From: Eledone cirrhosa
Taxonomy: Eukaryota
Direction: 5' to 3'
NCBI GenBank assembly: GCA_964016885.1
Contig: OZ024743.1
Coordinates: forward strand, 26,474,001 to 26,538,000
Length of the DNA: 64,000 bases
Below the pieces are notes generated by a model. It ran no database searches. It was not told the DNA's origin and saw only the letters and a program-made list of their open reading frames with translations. Positions 12,262-24,779 of this stretch are shown here, piece by piece. How positions within the stretch are numbered: the stretch's first letter is position 1; every line of letters starts with the position of its first letter. The position numbers and the translations under genes were made by a program.

Positions 12262-12377
12262 ATATCTTTTACGTAAAGAGGTTGATCCCTTACAAATTGA
12301 CTGTAATGGAAATTTACCCCATCACTACGCAGTACATCAAGTCTTAAATATTGAAGATCCATATGAAGCACATTTTG
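12262..12377 (+). CDS. NFKBIL1: NFKBIL1 coding exon 2 (YLLRKEVDPLQIDCNGNLPHHYAVHQVLNIEDPYEAHF)
   Basis: Acceptor ttttaaaacAG, donor G|GTAAGT; ankyrin D-x-x-G-N-x-P-x-H pattern; phase matches exon 1. Confidence 0.85.
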
Positions 12378-13337
12378 GTAAGTAATAGTTCCTGCAAAAG
12401 TAACTATAATAGTAATGACTATATTTTCCTACTTATAAAATTAAACATTTTCAGAGAATTGGAGTTGGCTGGTTTATCTCTTAACATCCTGTACCACATG
12501 AAATCACATTGGCAACAAGACATTCTTGAAAAGTACAAAACACTATGACTGCATCACATTAAAAAATAATAATTCAAATGGTGACCTTGAGGAGAAGATT
12601 CTTCTTCTTTGGCCAAGTTTACACTCACGAAAAGAGTTATAAGTTGTTTTGTTTTTTATCTACTTTATATTACCTACTGTCAGGAGCTGGTACTTGATCT
12701 ACCTGGTACAGTCTCTGATCAGAGCCATATTGGTCTGCCACCTTATCATTTGACCGGGATTGTAATTTTCTTTACAAACTATGTACTACCTGATGTGCAG
12801 CAGCCTATTCCATCAAATGGACATCTTCCTTGGCTACAAGGCATTCCCACCATCGTGCCATATTCTGTTGTTTTCTTTGCTAAGGCATTTGACATATAAC
12901 CTTCAGTATTTTATTGTAAAGTGCCTACTAAGTAAAGGTTCACTGCTGTAAAAAGCAAGAGTATTTTATAATCATTCGGTTATTCTAAATAGAATATTAG
13001 TCTAATGATTGTTTTCATAGCAAGAAATTGTTCTTCTCGCTCCACATAATGATGTAATAAATTAAAGTGTCTTTTGTGGTTATGAAAACGGAAAAGGAAG
13101 GAAAAAGCAAGGGCTCTAGGGTCACAGGAGAGGAGGAAGGGGAGGGTGATGGTTTTGTGTTGCATTTACAACCATAAATATATTATGCAACAAGCTGGCT
13201 CTTATCCATAGGAAAAGATATCTCATTTGCTTATTCAATATTACTTTATAATAACTTAATATTATTTGATTTCAAATTATAATCCTCAATATTTTAGTCT
13301 CGTATTACAAAATATCTTTTTTATATTTCTACTTCAG

Positions 13338-13462
13338 TCTTTCATGATTTTGTTCAGCCATTTCTGGATACCTTCCCCTCCTGTTTGACGATAAAAAACA
13401 AGTTTGGACATTCAACAGAGGATTTATTGTTACAATTTTGTTGTAATCAAAATATTTATCAG
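13338..13462 (+). CDS. NFKBIL1: NFKBIL1 coding exon 3 (FHDFVQPFLDTFPSCLTIKNKFGHSTEDLL...NIYQ)
   Basis: Acceptor tttctacttcAG, donor CAG|GTAATT; ankyrin-cap-like KNKFGHSTEDLL; phases consistent. Confidence 0.82.
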
Positions 13463-15107
13463 GTAATTTATCTTTATTACTCAGATATTTCGTTCATACA
13501 GAACAAGAATGAAAAAAATTATGTGGTGAGATGTACATGTATTTTTGAAGAGAGTTAAATAGCTACAACTGGAAATTGAAACCATGTCACATACTTAACT
13601 CAATAAGTACTACATGTACACCAGCAGTTTTTAATCTAAGGGTCACTGTATAATTCTGAAAGGGTCATGCATATAATTTTTTTAACTTTTGAAAGATTTG
13701 ATAAAATGCTCATGAATATGTTATACAACAAACCATAAGCATATGAGTTACAACAAAACATTTACGGCAAACAAAAAATGAGGAGTATTTCCCAAAGAAA
13801 TGTATCAAATGTTAATTCTATTAAATTTTTGGAGAATTGTTTATATTTAGATATCAAAAAAGAGGTCACAGGAAATTACTGATTTGTCAAAAATGTAAAA
13901 AGGTGGAAGCTGCTGTTCTACATCTTGATTTTTCTCCAGATATTTCATTAACCCTTTCAGTACAACCCACCCAAAACTGCCTGCTGCTATGGAACAAAGC
14001 CATCCATTTTAAATGGTTCTGATTTAAATTGATATAGAATTAGCATCTTAATTATTGACAAAATTTTAGTAAATCCCTTCGAATTTTTCAGTGATTAATT
14101 CAAATACAGTGTATTTTATTAGAAATATGGTAATAAAAGGGTTAACATGTTAGGTTAGTAGTATTGATGAACATACTAGAGAGATGGACTGGTTCCTCTA
14201 CTGTCTAAGCATCTAAGTTCAAACAGCGTTTGATTTAATTTTGCACTTATCCCTCCAAGTATAATAAATCATTCAATTGCATCTTCCATGGAAATATGCT
14301 CTTGTAAAATGGACCTCTGCCAAATTCTGACAATGAGTGTTCCAGTTTGATCATCAAAGTGTGTAAATGACTGAGTATTCCACATATATTCTTGGGAAAA
14401 TTTGGTGCAATATAGTGCAACAAGGCTAGCCCTTTGAATTACAGTACAGTCCAACCAATGAGCTTCTAAACAGTTTTCATCTACCCAATTTGACTCACAA
14501 AGCTTGGATTGACTCAAAGATATGTAAAGACACATGCCCAACATGCCATGCAATGAGATAGAACCCAGTACTTCATGATTTTAATGTAAATTTCTTAACA
14601 TTCAGCCATACCTAAGAAACAAATTACTATAAACACACTCGTTATCTGTTGGTGTTTTTAAACCCTTTCGTTACCAAATTTCTAATGAAATACACTTCTT
14701 ATGCATTTCAAATAATTTTTTAAATAATCAAGAATTTGAGTGGATTAAGTAAAATTACTAACTTTGACATTAATAAGTTTGTGTCAGGAACAAAATGTAA
14801 CAACATTTTTTTTTTCTTTTTATATTAAATTATGGTGGAAGGTTTTTAGATAAATATAACTAATTTAAAATGTGAGGTTTTGTATCATGTCAGCTGTCAG
14901 GACACTGCATCCTTCAAGACTTCCATGCTTCCCAAAATTTGCCAACAATACACCTGATATTCTCCATACACACACATGCATATATCATCACTCATACACT
15001 GTTCACTTTCCTGACATTTGTTCATCATTCTATGTACTATACATGCACCTTTAATGAGTTGTAGTGCACCTGAGCACTACACAATAATTTTCATTATTAT
15101 TATTATC

Positions 15108-15270
15108 GGTGAATTGGCAGTATCGGTAGAGGGCCGGACGTTAAGTCCCTTTACAGTCTGAGTTCAAATCCCGTTGAGGTTAACTTTGCCTTTCATCCTT
15201 ACGGGGTCGATAAAATAAAGTACCAGTAATGTACTGGGTAATTGCTGGCCTTGTGCCAAAAGTAGAAACA
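15108..15270 (+). mobile_element. SINE family A copy nested inside a TTAA MITE
   Basis: Same body as 11439-11623; attattatc flanks both sides. Confidence 0.8.
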
Positions 15271-15527
15271 ATTATTATCATAGAATCATAGGTAGTTTCA
15301 GGCAGTTTATTATTGAAAGGGTTAAAGAATTTATTCTGTTGCCTATGGCTGTCTATCATAGTATCTTAACGAATTATTTTCTAAATATTTATAAAGTACA
15401 CTATTATCTTATATGTAACTTTCTTTAGACAAATGGCATGAAAGTGGCAGTTTAATGAATCATCTTGTATTGTTAATTGTATCTCTTGTTCTTAACTACC
15501 AAACTAATTAATAGATGCCTTTTTCAG

Positions 15528-15642
15528 ATACCAGACACCTCATATGAAAGTAAAAATAGAAATGAAGAACAAGAATGGCAGTCTAAACTAGAAGCTGCCT
15601 GTGAAGATGAATATGAAAGAAACTGGGGAACATATGAAAAAG
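15528..15642 (+). CDS. NFKBIL1: NFKBIL1 coding exon 4 (IPDTSYESKNRNEEQEWQSKLEAACEDEYERNWGTYEK)
   Basis: Acceptor ctttttcAG, donor AAG|GTTCGT; EWxxKL acidic segment typical of the family. Confidence 0.82.
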
Positions 15643-16238
15643 GTTCGTCTTCAGTTAATATTTTTGATTTTGTCCTCATTGATGTTTATGTGATTGCCAT
15701 TCAAAGTTTCTTGAGACGTTACCACTATTTGCAATAAAGGGTATCTTTCTTTATGCAAAAGACTGATAAATTATATGAAATGCAATAATTAACACTACAA
15801 TAATTAAAAGCAGATATTGGATTGATACATTTGTACTGTCACTACGTTCTGAGTACAAATCTTGCCAAGGTTAACTTTGCTTTCAACCCTATGGGGTCGA
15901 TAAAATAAAGTACTGAGATAATTGCTGGCCTTGTGCCAAATGTAGAAACAATTATTTGGAGAGAAGTACCAGTCACGCACTGGGATCAATTTAATCAACT
16001 TTCCCGTCCCCAAAATTACTGGCCTTGTTCCTAAATCAGAAACCATTATTTGGAGAGAAAAAACATGTCCATATTAAAAATATCCACATTATAACACATA
16101 AGACTTAATGTTATATCAAATATTTACTTTGTTTATTGTTGCTTTTGTTTCATTTCTTGCTAAAAATAATATTTTATTTATTGTACTACAAACAATTGAA
16201 ATTAACTTTGACTTGAAAATTATATTTTTCTTATGCAG

Positions 16239-16768
16239 ACTACTTTGAAAATGACAAGGAATGGGAATCTTTTGATTCATGGACCAACAGAATTTCAGCT
16301 GAGAGAAAGAGGAAAAAGGAATCTTGGCAATATGAATACAGCTTTAGGAAATCTCATAAAAAGTCACAAAAAAAGAAAACACAGCAATCAGTTCCAGATC
16401 ACAGTGTTCCAAAACCTGAAAAGAAACTTTCTGAGAGAAAACTCTCTGAGGTTGAATTTTTAAGGAATGAAAAGAAATACAAAAAGTTGTTAAATGGAAA
16501 CCCCAAAGAAGTTCTTTCTTATGATAGCATCCCATGGCCAATGGACAACCAAGGAATGTTCCTTTCTTATAAAAATGTGGACAAACTTCATATTGACAAC
16601 ACATCAGATAACAAAATGCTGATTCGAAAATTGCAACGTCGATGGCACCCTGATAAGTTTATACAGAACTTTGGAAACCGTTTGCTTGAATCAGAGAGAG
16701 ACCAAATTATTGACCAAATTAATGAAATAGCCAAAGCACTGAATAAAATAAATGAAAAATTGCTTTGA
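16239..16768 (+). CDS. NFKBIL1: NFKBIL1 terminal coding exon (DYFENDKEWESFDSW...IPWP...RWHPDKF...EKLL*)
   Basis: Acceptor tttttcttatgcAG; open 530-nt frame that includes ORF 16487-16768. Confidence 0.9.
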
Positions 16769-17909
16769 AGAAAAATTTTGTACTGTGATAAAATTTCATT
16801 CCAAATTAATTTCACTGTAAAAAAAAAAAAAAGAAACATTTGAAATGCCTTAGTTGCAATTCATGTGTTAAATAAAATATTATATGAATTTAAATGATTT
16901 TTTTCCCCTTAAATTAGTGTGAATGGAATGTTTTTTTGTTTTTTCTCTATCAATTTGTACACGTCTATTTTTCCCTTCTTACTGTTAAGTACTCAACTGA
17001 GAAGTTTAACATCTTGCAGTCTGAAGCAAACAGGTTTATCTGCCTTGCACAACACAAAATACCGAGTTGGAATAAGCAGAGAAGTTTTTGCTCTTAGCAA
17101 CTGTATATGTGGTGATGAGAAAAAGAGTTTTCTTATATGTGAGTGGGGTGGAAATTGGAAGGGAAATTTCAGTAGCTTTATCTCTGGGAATACTACATAA
17201 AAAGCCATATTAGTTTAAGAAGTTGTAAAGCTTATCTAGAGATCTTCTTGGCAAGATTGCAATTTGAATGTTGGAAATGTATTCTTGCTAACCATCTTAC
17301 AGATATTGTGGTGGCGTGTAAATGTCCAAGTGCCTTTGTGTTGTAGACAGTGTCCTTTAACATAGTTCAAGGGAACCACTTGGTGATCTTGGATTTGTGA
17401 GAGTTGCTGCTAGTTCTACAAGAGCCAAAATTGAAACACATTTGCTGCTAAGGATAGCATTCTACAAGCATAGCTCCAATCACTTGTGAGGTGGGTTGCC
17501 TTATTTACTAGTGGTTAGATAATCTGGTGGTTGTGAAAAGAAATCACAAGTGGATGGAAAGTCAGTATGTTAGTCTGATTTGAATTGATGAGAAAACTAA
17601 CTGATGCTGACAATTTTCAACATTCTACATATCTTGGACCTAAATAGTTTCTTGGGGGAGTTAGTCTAGTTTTCCTCTTGTTAATAATCTTACACTAGAG
17701 TTGTTGTTGTTAGTGTGGGAGGGATGTTGTATTATCTCAACTGGGTAATTTAAAGTTGAGTTCAGCACTTTTAGACCATCAAAACATGGTTATCAAGCCA
17801 ACAATGAAGCTTCTGCTCAATCGTCCAACATGCTATAAATGCCCCTAAAGCTCCTTTAATTCATACCTTAGACATTGATATACAAAATGACAGGTTAATT
17901 ACAGGTAGT

Positions 17910-18228
17910 AGTAGTGACACTCCGTCAGTTACGAGTATTTCTGTTGATATGATCAACGGAACAGCCTGCTCATGAAATTAACGTGCGAGTGACTGAGCAT
18001 TCCACAAACACACATACCTTTAACGTAGTTCTCAGGGAGATTCAGCATGACACAATGTGACAAGGCTGGCCCTTCGAATTACAGGTACAACTCATTTTTG
18101 CCAGCTGAGTGGACTGGAGCAACATGAAATAAAGTGTCTTGCTCAAGGACAACATGCTGCTGGAAATCAAACTCACAACCTTACAATCATGAGCTGAATA
18201 CCCTAACCACAAAGCCATGTGCCTTCAC
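17910..18228 (-). mobile_element. tRNA-derived SINE (family B)
   Basis: Minus strand gaaggcacatggctttgtggttaggg...ccttgagcaagacactttatttc...ctccagtccactcagctg. Related copies at ~35117-35225, 37290-37600, 43085-43240 and 55785-56080. Confidence 0.8.
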
Positions 18229-20620
18229 ATAATCACAAGTAAAAACACCTTTAATTATACATTTACTTGATCAGTCTCTGGGGCCAAACAACACTCATCA
18301 ATGAAAGTTAAATGTTATAACTATGGATATTATGTGAATTAGTGACACAAGCCACTTATTCTATTTGACAGTCTATTTTCCCTTTGATTCAATCAACTAT
18401 AAACCTTACATACTTATATTTTATTATGTACAACAAACATATTTTAATGAAAGATTTTTCAGAAGTCACTAGATTATCAAATTCATTAAAATTATTGTTA
18501 TATTTCTAATGAAAGACACTGCCTATGATTTTCACATCATTTTGAAAATAATCAAGAATTTAGAAAGATTTAGTAATATAACTAAATTACTCATTATTTA
18601 ACTGGTGTTCAAAGCACAATTTTACAAGGTTCTTACATAAAAATATGATGGGATATTTTAAGATGAATGTAGACACTTTGAAACAAATAGTTTTGTAACA
18701 TGGAATGAAGAGCAATTTGGTATCAAGAGTTGACATTTACTACAAAACCTCATGAAAGTCCCTACTGGACTATTTTTAGAGCTAAATTCCATAACACACA
18801 CACGGTAAAATATTTAGAGTGTTGGATAAGACACCTTGTGATATTTGTTCTAGCTCTTTGAACACTGAGTGGAAATTCCAGCTAGGTGCCAATTTCCAGG
18901 GCTATCTACCTGACTACTGGAGTATTCTACCCAAAATGCACTTGGCCCATGCAGACACATAAACATAATACCAGCATAATAAAAATTACCATTTATTTAA
19001 CTTTCTTACCTTTTTTTTTTTCTGTTTCATAGTTTCATAGACTACTAGCCTCCCTATCATACATTTTAAATAAGAACATTGATATGTTAGGATAATATAA
19101 TAAATAAATTGATAATGGTATAAACTTTTGGAGGAAATTTGTTACATTTTGTGCTGAGAGAAATCGTATTACTTCCTGAGGCTACAATCTCTGAAATATT
19201 ACATTTGACTACTCTAGAATAGTTTTCACCACATGCCACTGTCTACCCATTCTGTCTTTTAATTATCCTGGCCATTAAAATATATACAAATAGGAACAAT
19301 GCAAAAGAAAGAAAAATTGTATACTACACAAACACCACAACAAAAACAAATCTGACAAAAATTGAGAGAAAATGTTTTCAAAATCAACACGAGCTGTTAT
19401 TACAAATATTATTAAAATAATTTTTAAAAGAACGATTTAAATAAAAGAAATATCTATAAAGTTCAAAATTTTCATATTTTTCAACAACATACATAAAATC
19501 AGAAAGAGAAAAAATTTTGCATTTTGGAGGATGCAATCAGTTTTGATGTCCTACTACTCTGACAGCCAATTCTGTTGCCAGAGAGGATGAGGAGGGAACT
19601 GGATGCTTCTGCCCCTACTTCTCAATGGGCACCCTAAAATTTAGAAAATAAAGTTTTTTAAAAATCGTCCTGAAATCCATTCCTTGGCCACTCAAAATGT
19701 TCTGAAATACCTAAGCACCAAAGCCTGATGACAGGACTACTCTCAACTTGCCTGTGCCAATTAATATAGCACATCATATGGATTCTATCACTCCAGCCTC
19801 TACATATATTCAGCAATCAATTCTCATGTATCACATAAAAATATATTTTAACTTGGTTGTCATTCTGTTTGCAAATTTGTGAGAAACGATTTTACAAGGA
19901 AAGTGAACTTAAGCGTTCCTTCATACTGCAGTATTTTTCAAATACTCTATAGATATTAGTTATTTATAGTATTCTATCATTCAGGAGCTGAATGATAGAA
20001 TACTTTTTGAGTGATAGTCTAATAGAGGAATCCCAACCTGCTACAGATAGCACTTAAATCTCTTTTTAATCACACTCTACTGTCTTTAAAAAAAAGGAAC
20101 ATATCAGATAAGGTAATCTGAGATAAATTGTTTTAAAAGACAGGATGAATATGCAGGACCATCACCAGGCTTGGGTACTTGGTGGAGAATGGGTGCTTCA
20201 GAACACTTTGGGTATGTGCTCTAATTCCCTAGAGGATTTTTTGATCAGTTTCTTTAGTTAACCTTTTTGGATTGGTTTTTAAATAAATATTTGGCCTTTT
20301 TTTCGTGTTCTGAGAAGAAAAGTTTGTAAGGAAAATATTTCAGAACAATTTTTATAAACCCCATTTTCTAAATACACCATTGAAAAATAAGGGGAGGGGC
20401 AGTGCATCCATTCCTCTTTGGTAGTAGGTAGGCCAGTGACCATGGCAAAGCAATAGGCTCGTTTGATCAGGGTTGACCTGATGATAAACAAAGCGCAAAA
20501 GGTTTGCTCAGACAAGATTGAACAACAGCTATTACTCTGTGAACTTATGTTTAATTTGTCATGAGAGTATTCTTGAATTGAAAAAAAATAATAAATTGTT
20601 ATGCTGCCAATCTTCTCTGA

Positions 20621-20769
20621 CAAGTAAAGAAAGATAACTATGGCTGTTTAGAGACAAGTGAAAAGTAAATGAGAGACTCCGTCAATCATTCACCGATAAC
20701 AAGTAAAGGGAGATAACTCTGGACTTTACCACAACCACCACAAATGTTTTTGGCCTATGTCAAGTGAGT
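20621..20769 (+). promoter_or_regulatory. Candidate ATG5 promoter / non-coding first exon
   Basis: Two copies of caagtaaagRRagataactMtgg (20621-20643, 20700-20722), consensus donor AA|GTGAGT at 20764 and a locally raised CpG count. ATG5 appears to need an upstream exon. Inference only. Confidence 0.35.
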
Positions 20770-22070
20770 AACATATTTCTTTTTTACTATTACTTCTCTT
20801 TCTTTCTGCAACAATTTAAACACTTTATTCTCTTATACTTTCGGACGACCTTATCTTTCTGTAGAAACTATTTACGGAACAATTTAATTGTGTGATTAAA
20901 GTGAAATAACTAATTAGAGTTTGCTAAACATTAGTCTTTTATATGCCCTAGCCCCAACAATCTACTTCATTTGTTATTTATAATTATACGATTGTTGACA
21001 TCCAAAGCTAAATTACTAAGAGTAAGTATTCGATAGTAAGCACTTTGACCATTCCTTTCTCCTTAAAACCTCAAATATCTATCCCTGCCAATAATTTCCA
21101 TAAATTCCTAACCCGTTGCAATTCGAATTAAACATTATCTCACCCAGTTATCTCCAGCCCCTAGTTTATGAAGACTTGAAATGTCTGCCACACCTCTTCA
21201 GACTTAAAGTATCGTGGAGTTTGATTAAACTAATTCACTTTCAACAATCTTAACCTTTAACTAAATATATTTTTGTGTTTATAAGCTGTGAACATTTACA
21301 TATAACTATTAAACAAATATAAAGCTATTTATTTTATCTATAGTAGTATATAAAATGTTACTCTCTTTCACAGTACTCTAATGTTTTCAATAGCTATATT
21401 TTGACTGATTCGTGTTTTGTTTAGTGTACTCAATGATCGTGTTGTGTTGTTGTTTTTTTTGTATAATGAAATGACCGACCAATTTCATCCTTGTTTGAAG
21501 ATGTTCCAGGCTTATTAATTCTTATCCTGTTGTCGACATGGTGCTGGTCTTGAGTAGGCTGCTTAACTAAAAGCGTCACACTCAATAATGAAAGTATTGT
21601 TTTCTAACATTTCACCTCTCTTGGGCTTGATGGTTCACTTCGTTTAGCTTAATGTATAATGAATGTTATGCGTTAAAATATCGCTAGCTTTATTTCAATT
21701 TTCCGATCAGCTCTGATCAAGTAGAATTACAATCAAAGGCGTTCCAGCTGTGACCATCCTATCATTTTCCAGTCGTAGTTTATCTAAGACTACTGTGTCA
21801 GTCGACAATCTTTGATTTGAGGGAGATTTGACTGTTATTTCTAGCGGGTAGATCAAGTGACCATGTAGAGGTTTCCTCATTACTTCGTGCAGTATCAAGA
21901 ATATACTGGATAAGTTTAATCATACTGGATAAGTATTTCTGATTAACTTAAGTCAATTTCGAAACCGTCCTAGATTTTATGATACAAAGTTGTATATTTT
22001 AAAGTGTTTCTATTCATCTATAAACACTCCGTTGTGATTTTATGTAAAAATAAGTTTTTTTCCTGAATAC

Positions 22071-22747
22071 TTTTTTTTTTAATATATATACAAAGCATAT
22101 AAATAAATTTACAGTAGAATAATAACAAATATGTTTTAAATATATACATAAATAACATTACAAATGCTTAGATAACATTATAAATTGCTCGTGATTCTTT
22201 CAGAAGGGTATATTCTTTTAATGTTGCAATTTTAAAGAAAATGTAAAGGAAGGGTTGAACAACCGAGCCAACACCAGAGTAAAAGACAGCAACGTCGCGA
22301 GGAGTACTGGGCAACCTCTCTAATGATTTTTGAGGCAAGCCAGTACACTCGCAGTGTTGCCTCGGGTGATGGCGAGGCTAATGCGCTGGAACAATCAAGC
22401 ACCCTCGCGAGATTCGCCAGTTACCTCTATTAGGCGAGCCGCCAGTGAAGAGAGGAACCTCGCAGTCAGCGGCCCAACTCCCCCAAACGTCTCAAAGGCC
22501 ACAGGCTGAAAAATGTAGCTGGCCGACAGATCAGAGTATTTGAGGGTTTTACTCCGCTCGGCTGCGGAAACTGGCTCTCGTCCTAACCGCAGCATCCAGG
22601 ATGTGGGAAGAAGCAAAAGAGTCACTAACAGTGACGTCCAGACAAGGCACCTGCCTCTCGACCAGGGGCACAGGGTAAGGCCGTCATGTCTTTTGCCGTC
22701 ACTTCTGGACAACCCAGATGGTAGTAAGATTGAGGGGATGTTCGCCC
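22071..22747 (-). mobile_element. 5'-truncated copy of the same CRE-like element (RLE, 3' UTR, A10 tail)
   Basis: Highly similar to 3606-4236; T10 at 22071-22080 is the poly(A) tail on the minus strand; ORF 22395-22712 reads DGKRHDGLTLCPWSRGRCLVW. Confidence 0.9.
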
Positions 22748-23529
22748 CCAGCCTAATACAGAGAAATAAATCTCTACATTTTCAAAATCATTTGAAAATT
22801 ATAGGCAGTGTCCCTCATTAAAGATATAGTAACAAAAGGCTTAAAATGTTTTGTTTGTTTTTTTAAATAGTTTATTATCATATAACAAATATATAAGATT
22901 AAATAGAAGTACACACATGTAATCAATTAATTATTGCTAGGAAGCTTATAAATATTATACACAAAAATAGTTTATTTTTAAATTGCATGTTTCCCGCATG
23001 TATGTGTAGTACTGCCCTTAACTTGATATTTCAATGCAGCATAATTGATATTTTATCATTTTGTCCCTTAAACTTTTACAGATGTTGTGGCTAATTAACT
23101 GTTTCAACAGGATTTATTTCAAGCTAGCTCATGGGTCAGATTTTGGGATTAAAGGTTCTAATCTGAATCTATGAGAGAAAAAAAGTTGTCCATCAACTAA
23201 GAAACCTTCACTCAACAGTACTCTGTAAGTCTCTTGTCTCTTTTACTATTACTGTGATAATACTGTCCCTCTAGACCTGTTAGCTATTTAATACTTCTAC
23301 TTAACCCTTTAGTATTTATATTACTCTATATATACTATTGTATTTTTGTGGTAAAGGCGTTACCTCATAATATGAGATCTATGATATTTTTATATTATTT
23401 ATTTTGAGAACAATACCTTAACATCAGTATGAGTGGCCAGAATGGCCTGTTTGAGCAGAAAGAGGTGAGAGAATTATGGCCGGATGTGGCCAGTTTAAAT
23501 GTTGAAGGGTTAAACCAGTACACTTCCTA

Positions 23530-23720
23530 TAATAATAATTGTTTCTACTTTAGGCACAAGGCCAGCAATTATCCAGTGCATTACTGGTACTTTATTTTAT
23601 CGACCCCGTAAGGATGAAAGGCAAAGTCAACCTCGGCGGGATTTGAACTCAGATCATAAAGGGACGTAACTATGCTGGAAAGCATGGCGTCCGACCCTCT
23701 ACCGATACTGCCAATCCACC
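23530..23720 (-). mobile_element. SINE family A copy
   Basis: Near-identical to 11439-11623. Confidence 0.85.
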
Positions 23721-24392
23721 AATAATGAAATTATTGTGTACAGTGCTCGTTATGTCTTGTGTTTCTCATCTCAAAACTCTGTACTTAACTTTATCCAATC
23801 ATGCCTTATCTAGTTATGCCCACCTTTAGAATATGACTCCCCCTTGTGTGTGGTTCAACCACACAACCTGCGCATTAGATTCTTATTTACCACTACTACT
23901 ACTACTACTACTATTACTAGAGATACCCAACATGGCTTCATTCAGTTATATACTGTTGCAGGGGGTCTGGAACAGTCATGACTTCTACCCACTCTGCTCA
24001 CCTATACACATATATCTCTTTAGAATTAATATAAAGCAATACCAGGGATTGTCAATGTCACTTGAATGCCTGTTGCTTCACTCACCACATTATGTTGATT
24101 TTAATTATGTAATAAGTTCTAGCTAGAGTTTATGTTGGAGCCAGTTGGGCTGTCCATGGTCAATGGCAAGAGGCCTTAATCTTTGCCCTTGAGCTAGAAG
24201 TAAATGCCCCATATGCAGTGCCGGATTTAGGACAAATGAGGCCCTGCGCTAGTTAAGTTATGAGGCCCTGAAGGACATAACAAATTTTTTTGGCAGGAAG
24301 TGGAGGTAAAGAGGAGCAGAGCAATATACATCTTCCATAATCTTATAAGTATTAGTTCTTTTTTTCTTTCTGTTTGTTTAGGTGACGGGAAT

Positions 24393-24407
24393 ATGCTGGG
24401 TGTATAA
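24393..24407 (+). promoter_or_regulatory. Short upstream ORF (M-L-G-V-stop) ending 1 nt before the ATG5 start codon
   Basis: atg ctg ggt gta taa c ATG, inside the same exon downstream of acceptor 24381. Confidence 0.65.
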
Positions 24408-24408
24408 C

Positions 24409-24522
24409 ATGGCTGAAGACCGAGAGATTCTTCGTGAAGTCTGGGAAGGACGAATTCCAGTATCTTTCAGTTTGTCTCCAGATGAAATTGTCAACGAACA
24501 ACCTGATCCATTTTTTTATTAC
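24409..24522 (+). CDS. ATG5: ATG5 coding exon 1 (MAEDREILREVWEGRIPVSFSLSPDEIVNEQPDPFFYY)
   Basis: ATG in acATGG context; donor GTATGT at 24523; an acceptor AG at 24380-24381 implies an upstream non-coding exon. Confidence 0.93.
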
Positions 24523-24779
24523 GTATGTTAATTGGAATCGTCATTAGTTTTCTTTAACAAATTCCTGTTCATTTTGTTTTCTTTACAATACTAAACTATA
24601 TTATAATAACTGTACATCCTTTTTATTTGTCTGTTACATAAATACTACAATCTGTAAAAAAAAAAAAAAAACCTTCTAAAATTCATATTTAAAATTCACA
24701 GAACACATATGTGAGGCAAAATACATAGGTTGCACTTGTTCTTAACTGCTTTCATTCATTCATTCATACCAGAAATCAA

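Larger units (their letters stand above)
8494..16768 (+). other. NFKBIL1: Gene span: NF-kappa-B inhibitor-like protein 1 (ankyrin repeats, C-terminal IPWP...RWHPDKF region); 5 coding exons, 1083 nt, 360 aa
   Basis: Exons 8494-8690, 12262-12377, 13338-13462, 15528-15642 and 16239-16768 join in frame with GT-AG introns (phases 2,1,0,1). The protein has ankyrin-like GENLLHICC and GNLPHHYAV, then EQEWQSKL, ESFDSWTNRI, IPWP and LQRRWHPDKFIQNFGNRL, which match the NFKBIL1 family. AATAAA at 16871. Confidence 0.88.

Noticed and set aside
13851-13912. Exon-like segment in NFKBIL1 intron 3 (tttAG...AAG|GTGGAA)
   Set aside because: In the required phase 0 it hits TAA (ISKKRSQEITDLSKM*), and 62 nt would shift the frame. 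Exons 3 and 4 join cleanly without it.
17200-17760. Possible RLE-type retroelement remnant (minus-strand FTRHHN..)
   Set aside because: Only one weak motif is visible, which is not enough to assign.
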